In this document: piece after piece, positions 9,737 through 17,627 of the stretch
How the letters are laid out: each line of letters starts with the position of its first letter
Numbering within the stretch: the first letter of the stretch is position 1
NCBI RefSeq assembly: GCF_019464535.1
Contig: NZ_CP080507.1
Span: 1,230,001 to 1,262,000, forward strand
Direction: 5' to 3'
DNA length: 32,000 nucleotides
Source of the DNA: Horticoccus luteus
GTDB taxonomy: Bacteria; Verrucomicrobiota; Verrucomicrobiia; Opitutales; Opitutaceae
Position numbers and translations under genes: made by a program
The notes under the pieces: model-generated
What the model saw: only the letters and a program-made list of their open reading frames with translations
What the model was told of the DNA's origin: nothing
The model's database searches: none

Positions 9737-11530
9737 CTAAAGCGGCCAGATGGCTGGCACGATCACCATCGCGACGACGAAACACAGGATGTTGAGCGGA
9801 ATGCCGATTTTCATGAAATCGCCAAACCGGTAGCCGCCGACGGCGTAAACGTAGGTGTTGGTCTGATAGCCGATCGGAGTCGAGAATGCCGCGGAGGCGG
9901 CGAACATCACCGCGATGACAAAGGCGCGCGGGTTGGCGCCGAGTTCGTGGGCGATGCCGATGGCGATCGGGGCCATGAGCGCGGCGATCGCGTTGTTCGA
10001 CAGGATCTCTGTCATCAACGCGGTGATGACGTAAACGCAGCCGAGCATCGCGAGGGCCTTGTAATGCACCGGCACGAAATAGTTGACGAAAGCGACGGTC
10101 TTTTGCGCGAGCAGCGCGGCGGCGCCGGTCTCCTCCAGCGCCAGGCCCAGAGCGAGCATCCCGAAGATGAGAAAGAGGATATTCCACTCGATGGACGCGT
10201 AGGCATCGCGGGGTTTGATGCAGCCGGTGAGGCACAGCACGACGGCGCCCGCGAGCGCGCCCACTTCGATCGGCACCCAATTGAGCGCGGCGGTGGTGAC
10301 GATCGCGGCGGCGACGCCGAGGGCGAGCGGGAGGCGTTTGTTGTGAGCGCGGGCCGGGAGCGGCGGTTGATCGAAAAGAATAATGTCGTCGCCCGCGCGC
10401 AGAGCCTGGATGGCGGGGTCGGTGCCCATCATGAGCAAGACATCGCCGCCTTGGATGGCCGTGGTGTCGATTTTTTCGCGGACGTTTTTTCCGTGCCGGT
10501 GGATGGCGAGCACGACCATGCGGAAACGCTGACGGAAATTGATTTCGCGCAGGGTATGGCCGACCAGATCGGAGCTGGGGGCGACCACACCTTCCACGAG
10601 CGAGCCTTCGTGTGCGGCGATTTGTTCGAGTCCGAGATTGAGTTCGGAAATGAGATCCACGCCGACGATGCCGCGGGTGTGCACGATACCCTTGGGGCGG
10701 CACGACAAAATCAAGCGGTCGCCGGCTTCCAGGACGGGCGGTGGGTCGAGCCGCGCCGCGACGCCGTCGCGCACGAGCTCGAGGACCCGAATGCCGCGGG
10801 CGCTGACGAGGCCGGCCTCGGCGAAGGTGCGTCCGAGCATTTTCGAGTCAGGCTGGACGAATGCTTCCGTAATATATTCGCGGCGCTCCTCGGCGGTCAG
10901 GATGGAGGTGAGCATCTGGCGGTCCGGCAGGAGGCGGTGACCAAAGAGACCGAGATAGCCCGCACCGATGAGAGCCGTGGGCACGCCGAGCCAGGCGAGC
11001 TCAAACATGGAGAGCGGGGGCAGCCCCTTGGCGATGGCGATGCTGTTGACGATCAGGTTGGTGCTGGTGCCGATGAGGGTGCACGTGCCGCCGAGCACGG
11101 CGCCGTAGGAGAGCGGAATGAGCAGCTTCGAAGGCGAGAGCTTCATGCGCCGCGCGAGGTTGAGCACGATGGGCAGGAAGACGACGACGACGGGAGTGTT
11201 GTTAACGAAGGCCGAGATGGTCGCGACGACGGCGACGAGGACGACCACGACGACGCTGTAGCGCCAGCCGGCTGAGCGCTCCAGCAGGACGAAGAACTGA
11301 TCGAGCGCGCCGCACTTCACGAGTGCGGCGCTCAACACGAACATCGCACCAATCGTGATCGGGGCGGCATTGGAAAAAACCGTGAAGGCCTTGTGTGCCG
11401 GCAGCAGGCCGGTGGCGATGAGCATGACGAAGAGCGCGATCGCCGTCACGTCGGGCGGAAATTTTTCCCGCACGAAGCTCCAGAGCGTCACGACCAGCAG
11501 CACAAAGACGAGGGCGATTTGCCAGGTCAC
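9737..11530 (-). CDS. SLC13/DASS-superfamily anion permease with two central TrkA-C domains (YfbS-like)
   Basis: 597 aa and polytopic. Permease motif LGGTCTLIGTSTNLIV. Two cytoplasmic TrkA-C-like repeats (LGRTFAEAGL...GDRLIL and VGHTLREINF...GDVLLMMG). GTG start at 11528-11530. Confidence 0.8.
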   Translation of the reverse strand: MTWQIALVFVLLVVTLWSFVREKFPPDVTAIALFVMLIATGLLPAHKAFTVFSNAAPITIGAMFVLSAALVKCGALDQFFVLLERSAGWRYSVVVVVLVAVVATISAFVNNTPVVVVFLPIVLNLARRMKLSPSKLLIPLSYGAVLGGTCTLIGTSTNLIVNSIAIAKGLPPLSMFELAWLGVPTALIGAGYLGLFGHRLLPDRQMLTSILTAEERREYITEAFVQPDSKMLGRTFAEAGLVSARGIRVLELVRDGVAARLDPPPVLEAGDRLILSCRPKGIVHTRGIVGVDLISELNLGLEQIAAHEGSLVEGVVAPSSDLVGHTLREINFRQRFRMVVLAIHRHGKNVREKIDTTAIQGGDVLLMMGTDPAIQALRAGDDIILFDQPPLPARAHNKRLPLALGVAAAIVTTAALNWVPIEVGALAGAVVLCLTGCIKPRDAYASIEWNILFLIFGMLALGLALEETGAAALLAQKTVAFVNYFVPVHYKALAMLGCVYVITALMTEILSNNAIAALMAPIAIGIAHELGANPRAFVIAVMFAASAAFSTPIGYQTNTYVYAVGGYRFGDFMKIGIPLNILCFVVAMVIVPAIWPL

Positions 11531-11690
11531 GGCGGGGAGCTAAGGGCAGGGGTGGGCGCGCGCCGAGTGAAAAAGTCGCGGCGGCCGGAGTTAGACCGGT
11601 CATTGCCGGCGGGTTGGTTTATGCCACAGTTTTGAGCGGCCTTTGCCGGGCGAAAGGTCTGCATTTTTGTCCCTAAACCATCCCAATATT

Positions 11691-12671
11691 ATGGCACGAA
11701 TCTATAACGACATTACGGAGACAATCGGTAACACCCCGCTCGTGCGCTTGAACCGCACCGCGGCGGCACATGGGGCGCAGGCGGAGATTCTGCTGAAACT
11801 GGAGTTCTTCAATCCGCTCTCGAGCGTGAAGGATCGCATCGGTTTCTCGATGATCGACGACGCGTTGAAGAGCGGTCGGATCAATGAAAAAACGGTGTTG
11901 ATCGAGGCGACCAGCGGCAACACGGGCATTGCGCTGGCGTTTGTCGCGGCGGCGCGGGGACTGAAGCTGATCCTGACGATGCCGGAAGCAATGACCATGG
12001 AGCGGCGCAAGCTGCTCAAGGTGCTCGGCGCGCGCCTCGTCCTGACCGAGGGGCCGAAAGGCATGAAGGGCGCGATCGCGAAGGCCGAGGAACTCGCGGC
12101 CAAAATCCCCAACAGTTTCATTCTGCAACAATTCGCGAATCCGGCGAACCCGGCGGTGCACCGGCGCACGACGGCGGAAGAAATCTGGCGCGATACGGAT
12201 GGCAAGGTGGACATCATCGTCTCGGGCATCGGCACGGGCGGCACCATCACCGGCATCGGCGAGGTGTTGAAGCCGCGGAAGCCGAGTTTGAAGATCGTGG
12301 CGGTCGAGCCGTCCGGCTCACCGGTGCTATCGGGCGGCCAGCCTGGTCCGCACAAGTTGCAGGGCCTCGGCGCGGGTTTCGTGCCGGAAATCCTGAACAC
12401 GAAGATTTACGACGAAGTCATCCGCGTGAAGGAGGACGACTCGGCTCCGTTGAGCAAGGAAGTGGCCAAGCTGGACGGCATCCCGGTGGGGATTTCCTCC
12501 GGCGCGGCGATCTGGGCGGCGATCGAGCTGGCCAAGCGGCCGGAAAACAAGGGCAAGCAGATCGTGGCGATCATCCCGTCGTCAGCGGAACGCTATTTGT
12601 CGTCCTGGCTGTTCGCGGACGTGAATGTCGAGAGCGACAGCGTGGACGACCTGATCGGCGCGAGCGCCTGA
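11691..12671 (+). CDS. cysK: cysteine synthase A (O-acetylserine sulfhydrylase)
   Basis: [12 protein letters not shown]-lysine motif [35 protein letters not shown]. Trimmed to ATG 11691 ([10 protein letters not shown]). Confidence 0.93.
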   Translation: MARIYNDITETIGNTPLVRLNRTAAAHGAQAEILLKLEFFNPLSSVKDRIGFSMIDDALKSGRINEKTVLIEATSGNTGIALAFVAAARGLKLILTMPEAMTMERRKLLKVLGARLVLTEGPKGMKGAIAKAEELAAKIPNSFILQQFANPANPAVHRRTTAEEIWRDTDGKVDIIVSGIGTGGTITGIGEVLKPRKPSLKIVAVEPSGSPVLSGGQPGPHKLQGLGAGFVPEILNTKIYDEVIRVKEDDSAPLSKEVAKLDGIPVGISSGAAIWAAIELAKRPENKGKQIVAIIPSSAERYLSSWLFADVNVESDSVDDLIGASA

Positions 12672-12690
12672 GGCGCTTCGCGATCAACCA

Positions 12691-12726
12691 GCCGGCGTGA
12701 AACGGAAACGTTTCCGCCGGCTTTTT
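12691..12726 (+). terminator. rho-independent terminator after cysK, probably bidirectional
   Basis: GCCGGCG(t)GAAACG-GAAA-CGTTTC-CGCCGGC: 13 bp of stem with one bulge and a GAAA tetraloop, followed by TTTTT (12722-12726). The convergent esterase stop codon (12725-12727) lies in the T tract. Confidence 0.8.
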
Positions 12727-13660
12727 AGTGCGCGGCGCCGTCGGTTTTGGGAGCGACCGTGGGCAGCAAGCCGCGGGCGCGCAACCAAGCTTCGGCCTGT
12801 TTGGGCCAGTCCGAGGTCGTGCCGTAACCGGGGCGGATGCCCGCGCCGTGCGGGCCTTTTTCGTAGAGATGCATTTCGGCGGGAACGCCGGCGTGGCGCA
12901 GCGCTTCGTAAAACATGATGCTGTTCTCGATGGGCACGGTTTTGTCCTCTTCCGTGTGCATGAGGAATGTGGGCGGCGTGTCTTTGGTGACATGATCCTC
13001 CACGGACCATTGCGCGATCAATTCAGCGGAGGGATGTTCGCCGAGGAGGTTGTGGCGGGAACCGGCGTGCGCAGAGGGTTCCTTCATCGTGATCACCGGA
13101 TAAGCGAGAATGAGAAAATCGGGACGACCGCTGACCTTATCCAGTGCGGCGCCGGTGCGGCCGGCCGGCAGATCGTAGAGTGTGCCGGCACTCGCGGCCA
13201 CGTGTCCGCCCGCGGAACCACCGAATACACCGATGCGATCGGCAGCGACGTGAAACTCGGCGGCGCGCGAACGCACCAGGCGCACGGCGCGGAGGATGTC
13301 TTGGAGCGGCGCCGGCTGGCCGTATTCGCGCAGCCGGTATTTCAGCACAAACGTGGTCATGCCGAGCGAGCGAAGCCATTCGGCGATGTCGCCGCCTTCG
13401 TGGCCGATGGCGAGGCGAGTGTAACCGCCGCCCGGGCAAATGATCACCGCGCTGCCGTTCGCCTTGTCGGCCGCGGGCAGGTAGACGGTGAGCGTGGGGT
13501 CCTGAACGTTGTAGATCCGGCCGTCCTTTTCGTATTCCTTGCCGCCATTCGCTTGGGCGCCAGGGACGCCTTCGGGCCAGATCGGAATGACATCGGGGGC
13601 GGCGGCATACGCTGAGAAAGTGCTGGCGAGCATGGAGAGGAGGAGAAGAGTAAATTTCAT
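12725..13660 (-). CDS. secreted alpha/beta hydrolase (esterase/lipase-type)
   Basis: Signal peptide MKFTLLLLSMLASTFSAYA, oxyanion-type ICPGGGY, nucleophile elbow GGSAGGH, C-terminal HLYEKGPHG. Trimmed to ATG 13658-13660. Confidence 0.8.
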   Translation of the reverse strand: MKFTLLLLSMLASTFSAYAAAPDVIPIWPEGVPGAQANGGKEYEKDGRIYNVQDPTLTVYLPAADKANGSAVIICPGGGYTRLAIGHEGGDIAEWLRSLGMTTFVLKYRLREYGQPAPLQDILRAVRLVRSRAAEFHVAADRIGVFGGSAGGHVAASAGTLYDLPAGRTGAALDKVSGRPDFLILAYPVITMKEPSAHAGSRHNLLGEHPSAELIAQWSVEDHVTKDTPPTFLMHTEEDKTVPIENSIMFYEALRHAGVPAEMHLYEKGPHGAGIRPGYGTTSDWPKQAEAWLRARGLLPTVAPKTDGAAH

Positions 13661-13712
13661 GGGAGGGGGAAAGCAGGCGGGGAACAGTGCAACGGAGAGG
13701 CCGCCGGTGAGG

Positions 13713-14540
13713 TTAAGTTGTTTCAAGGAGGGCGCGCTTGGCGTCTGCTTCCGCTGCGTCACGTTTCTCGCCGACGCGGTACCAGCGGAAAAAGGCGGTG
13801 GCAAATATGGCGAGAGACACGGCGACGCCCAGCAACTCCATCATCACGCCGGCGAGGAGCTGATCGCTGGCGGCGTCGAAGTCTGGAAACAAACGCGGCG
13901 CGAATTCGTAGGTAGGGTAGAGGATGTGTTGCGAAAAGACGATGTAGGCAAAAACCGGTGTCATGCCGATGACGACGTAGACGGCATAAATCATCTGGCC
14001 GGCATAAGAGGCGGGCGGGAGGAGGCGGGACGGACTCACCACCGGCCACCACAGGAGAATCGCTGCGGCGAAAAACATGATGTGCTCGATCACATGCACG
14101 ATTTTGTCCTGCAGGGCCCAGTCGTAGAGGTAAGGCATGTGCCAGATCGAGGTGACGACGATGTAGATGAACCCTGCGAGGAGCGGGCGGGTGAAAAGGC
14201 GTGCGAACCGGAGCAATCCGGAGCGACCGAGCCACGAGTCGATCATCCAGCCAGGCAGACCGAGCACAAAGAGGAGGGGCGCGAGAAACGCCAGAATCTG
14301 GTGTTGCAGCATGTGCGCACTGAAAAGGAAGCGTTCGCCGATCTGATCGAAGGGTGAACCGACCGCGAGGTAGAAGATCAAAAGGCCGAGGTAGAACCAG
14401 AGTGCCTGGCGCCGCGGATAGGCCGCCCCGGGTGCGAGAAGGCGGCGCAACGGGCCGGCGAGAATGGCCCACGCCCAGCCGAGCAGCACCAAGCCGCCGA
14501 CGAGATACGGTTCGTTATGCCAGTGGCGCCAGTCGATCAT
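13713..14540 (-). CDS. ctaG: cytochrome c oxidase assembly factor CtaG (Bacillus caa3-type family)
   Basis: 275-aa polytopic membrane protein. The N-terminus WRHWHNEPYLVGG and overall pattern resemble caa3_CtaG-family proteins. It lies next to the oxidase operon. Confidence 0.75.
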   Translation of the reverse strand: MIDWRHWHNEPYLVGGLVLLGWAWAILAGPLRRLLAPGAAYPRRQALWFYLGLLIFYLAVGSPFDQIGERFLFSAHMLQHQILAFLAPLLFVLGLPGWMIDSWLGRSGLLRFARLFTRPLLAGFIYIVVTSIWHMPYLYDWALQDKIVHVIEHIMFFAAAILLWWPVVSPSRLLPPASYAGQMIYAVYVVIGMTPVFAYIVFSQHILYPTYEFAPRLFPDFDAASDQLLAGVMMELLGVAVSLAIFATAFFRWYRVGEKRDAAEADAKRALLETT

Positions 14541-14575
14541 CGCAGGAGTTGATGCACGAATCTGCCGGGAAGGAC

Positions 14576-14605
14576 AAAAAAAAGCGGCGACCGAAAGGCC
14601 GCCGC
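14576..14605 (-). terminator. rho-independent terminator after oxidase subunit IV
   Basis: Minus-strand RNA reads GCGGCGGCC-UUUC-GGUCGCCGC (9 bp including one G-U) followed by U8. On the plus strand the wobble becomes an A-C mismatch, so it is minus-strand specific. Confidence 0.7.
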
Positions 14606-14630
14606 GAGAAGAAGGGTGGATGAGACGGGT

Positions 14631-14993
14631 TTACCGAACCTCCGCCTGCTCGTTGGCGGGAGACGTGAGCGGCCGGCTGGCATCGGCGCGGGCGAGGAGC
14701 ACAAGGGCCCACGCGGTGCCGCCGCCCCACGCGAGGCCGATCATGAAGAGGACGGTGCAGAACGGTTTGTCCCACTTCAGGTGCATGAAGTAGAAAATGA
14801 CGAAGAGAAACTTCACCAACGACAACACGACGAGGCCACCGAAGATGATCCAGCGGGCCAGGGGGATATAGATGGCGACGATTTCGATGCCGGTGATGAC
14901 AGCAAGGAGCATCGCGATCTGCACGTAGATCTGGAAACGGTTTTCATCGCCGTCGTGACCGACGGCGGCAGCGGGATGGGCGACGGTGCTCAT
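14631..14993 (-). CDS. cytochrome c oxidase subunit IV (prokaryotic COX4 family)
   Basis: 120 aa, three hydrophobic helices, FYFMHLKWD motif typical of bacterial subunit IV/CtaF-CyoD-like proteins. It lies 3 nt after the subunit III stop. Confidence 0.8.
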   Translation of the reverse strand: MSTVAHPAAAVGHDGDENRFQIYVQIAMLLAVITGIEIVAIYIPLARWIIFGGLVVLSLVKFLFVIFYFMHLKWDKPFCTVLFMIGLAWGGGTAWALVLLARADASRPLTSPANEQAEVR

Positions 14994-14996
14994 GGC

Positions 14997-15617
14997 TCAA
15001 ATAAATTCGAGGAGGTAGACGGCGGTGAAGATGACGATCCAGACGATATCAACGAAGTGCCAATAAAGCCCCATGGAGTCGACGTCCACGGCGTTGCGCT
15101 CGCTGAAGCCCTTCTTGAACGAGAAGAAATACATGGACATCAACCAGAGAATGCCGATGGAAACGTGAATACCATGGGTGCCGGTCAGCGTGTAGAACGT
15201 GGAGCCGAAGAGGCTGTTGCTGATCGTGAGATGCTTTTCCATGACGAAGTGATGGAATTCATACACCTGGCATCCGACGAAGATCGCGCCGAAGAAGGCG
15301 GTGGTGAGAAGGGAAGCCCGCATGCTGCGAACGTTGCCTTTTTGAATCGCATTCACTGCGAGGGCCATCATCAGCGACGACATGAGCAAAATGAACGTCG
15401 AGAACGACGTCAGCTCGATCGAGAAGATGTGGCGCGGATCGGGGCCACCGGGAACGGGGTGGAGCCGATAAATAAGGTGCGTCGAGATCAGCGTCCCGAA
15501 GAACATGCAGTCCGAAGCCAGAAACGCCCAGAGAAGGAGTTTCTTATTCGGAATGCCGGTCGACGTGGTGTGGTCGTGATGATGGTCGATCGCGACGGTG
15601 GCGGCGGGGCTGCTCAT
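14997..15617 (-). CDS. ctaE: cytochrome c oxidase subunit III (short 5-TM form)
   Basis: 206 aa. LWAFLASDCMFFG, YTLTGTHGIHVSIG, LYWHFVDIVWI motifs. ATG 15615-15617 overlaps the ctaD stop (ATGA). Confidence 0.9.
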   Translation of the reverse strand: MSSPAATVAIDHHHDHTTSTGIPNKKLLLWAFLASDCMFFGTLISTHLIYRLHPVPGGPDPRHIFSIELTSFSTFILLMSSLMMALAVNAIQKGNVRSMRASLLTTAFFGAIFVGCQVYEFHHFVMEKHLTISNSLFGSTFYTLTGTHGIHVSIGILWLMSMYFFSFKKGFSERNAVDVDSMGLYWHFVDIVWIVIFTAVYLLEFI

Positions 15618-17569
15618 GAGTGGGACTTTTTTTCCTCTTTCACGTGGATGTGATAACCGTCGGCGCCTTCGAGCGACCAGAGATAGAAGCCGAGAAGCAT
15701 GATGGCGCCTCCGACGATCGTGACGGTGACTTTCGGCGTCCAAAACGCCGGATTAGAGCTGTGGTCGGTGACGGCGATACCCCACGACGCGATGAAGATG
15801 CCGACCGTGGCGACGAAGGGATAGAAGGATTGGAACGGCATGTGGATGCCGCCGTGGGCGTCTTCTTCTTTGGCGTGCGCTTCCTCCTCCTGGCGAATTT
15901 CATCGGCGTGGTGCTTTTGATACCAGAGGGCATCGCGGGCGTGAACCGTGGGAATCACCGCATAATTGTATTCCGGCACGGGATTGGGGAGTGACCATTC
16001 CAAGGTGCGGGCGTCCCACGCGTCGCGCGGGGCCTTGGCGCCTTTGAGCATGCCGTAAACGAAGGTGATGAAGAAAATGGCGATGCCGAGGCCGAGGAAG
16101 AACGCGCCGCAGGAGGAAATGAGGTTGGGCGTATTCCAGCCAAGATTGCCGTCGTAGGTGAACGTGCGGCGCGGCATGCCGTTGAGCCCGAGGAAGTGCA
16201 TCGGGAAGAACGTCACGTTGAAGCCCGCAAAGATGATCCAGAAAGCGATCCGGCCCCAGCGCTCGCTCATCTGGCGGCCGAACACGAGCGGGAACCAGTA
16301 GCAAAGACCGCCGAGCATGGCGAAGAGCGAGCCGCCGATCAGCACGTAGTGGAAGTGGGCGATGACGAAATAGCTGTCCTGCTGCTGAGCGTCGGCCGGG
16401 GCGGCGGCGTGCATGACGCCGGAGAAGCCACCGATCATGAACATCCAGATGAAACCGAGCGCAAAAAGCATCGGGAGGCGCATACGAATGTGACCGCCCC
16501 ACATGGTGCCAATCCAGTTGAAGATTTTGACGCCGGTCGGGACGGCGATGGCCATGGTGGCAAGGGCGAAAGCGGCCGTGGCGACCGTGCCCATGCCCGT
16601 GGTGAACATGTGATGGCTCCACACCGTGAAACCGAGGAAGCCGATCGCCGCGCCGGAAAACACGACCACCGGGTAACCGAAGAGCGGCTTGCGGGAGAAC
16701 GTGGGCATAATCTCCGAAATCATGCCGAACGCGGGCAGAATGAGAATGTAGACCTCGGGATGGCCGAAGACCCAGAACAAGTGCTGCCAGAGGATGGGCA
16801 TACCGCCGTTGGAGGCCTCGAAGAAGTTCGTGGCGAAGAGGCGATCCATCATCAGTTCGACGAGCGCGATCGTGATGGCGGGGAACGCGAGCACGATGAG
16901 GAAGGACGTGATCAGTGTCATCCACGTGAACACGGGCAAACGCATCATCGTCATGCCAGGAGCGCGGAGGTTGATGATGGTGACGATGAAGTTGAGCGAA
17001 CCGGCAACGGAGGAGATGCCGAGAATCTGCAGCCCCATGACCCACATATCGATCGAGTGGTCGGGGTTATACATTTTCGACGTGAGGGGGGCATAGCCGA
17101 ACCAACCGGCGTCGGGCGCCCCGTCTTTCATGAACCAACCGAGGTTAAGGATGATGGCGCCGGCAACGAAGGTCCAGAGGGAGAAGGCGTTGAGTCGCGG
17201 GAAGGCGACGTCGCGCGCGCCGATCTGGAGCGGCATGATGAAATTGAAGAACGCCGAATTGAGCGGCATGATCGCGAGGAAGATCATGGTCGTGCCGTGC
17301 ATCGTGAACATCGTGTTGTATTGATGCGCGGTGAGCACGGTGTTGTTCGGCACGGCGAGCTGCAGGCGGATCAGGAGCGCCTCCGTGCCGCCGACGAAGA
17401 GGAAGAAGATCGCGAACAGGCCGTAAAGGAGTGCGATGCGCTTGTGGTCGACCGTCGTGAGCCAGCTCATGAGGCCGGTCTTCGCGGTGGGCCGCCAAAG
17501 CACAAGGCCTTTGGTGCCGGCGTGGCCGGCATCCTGGCCGATGAAGTGGGACTTAACCGTTGCGTCCAT
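15614..17569 (-). CDS. ctaD: cytochrome c oxidase subunit I (A1-type, with two extra C-terminal TM helices)
   Basis: 651 aa. WFFGHPEVY-type motif LFWVFGHPEVYILILP (CuB His, D-channel Glu, cross-link Tyr), HHMFTTG, FHYVL heme ligand region. About 125-aa extension after the TLEW motif. Confidence 0.97.
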   Translation of the reverse strand: MDATVKSHFIGQDAGHAGTKGLVLWRPTAKTGLMSWLTTVDHKRIALLYGLFAIFFLFVGGTEALLIRLQLAVPNNTVLTAHQYNTMFTMHGTTMIFLAIMPLNSAFFNFIMPLQIGARDVAFPRLNAFSLWTFVAGAIILNLGWFMKDGAPDAGWFGYAPLTSKMYNPDHSIDMWVMGLQILGISSVAGSLNFIVTIINLRAPGMTMMRLPVFTWMTLITSFLIVLAFPAITIALVELMMDRLFATNFFEASNGGMPILWQHLFWVFGHPEVYILILPAFGMISEIMPTFSRKPLFGYPVVVFSGAAIGFLGFTVWSHHMFTTGMGTVATAAFALATMAIAVPTGVKIFNWIGTMWGGHIRMRLPMLFALGFIWMFMIGGFSGVMHAAAPADAQQQDSYFVIAHFHYVLIGGSLFAMLGGLCYWFPLVFGRQMSERWGRIAFWIIFAGFNVTFFPMHFLGLNGMPRRTFTYDGNLGWNTPNLISSCGAFFLGLGIAIFFITFVYGMLKGAKAPRDAWDARTLEWSLPNPVPEYNYAVIPTVHARDALWYQKHHADEIRQEEEAHAKEEDAHGGIHMPFQSFYPFVATVGIFIASWGIAVTDHSSNPAFWTPKVTVTIVGGAIMLLGFYLWSLEGADGYHIHVKEEKKSHS

Positions 17570-17627
17570 AATTTTTTCCTAGGGAAGAGGGGCGATAACG
17601 CGGGCCGGAGGGCGGTCGCGTCGGGCG

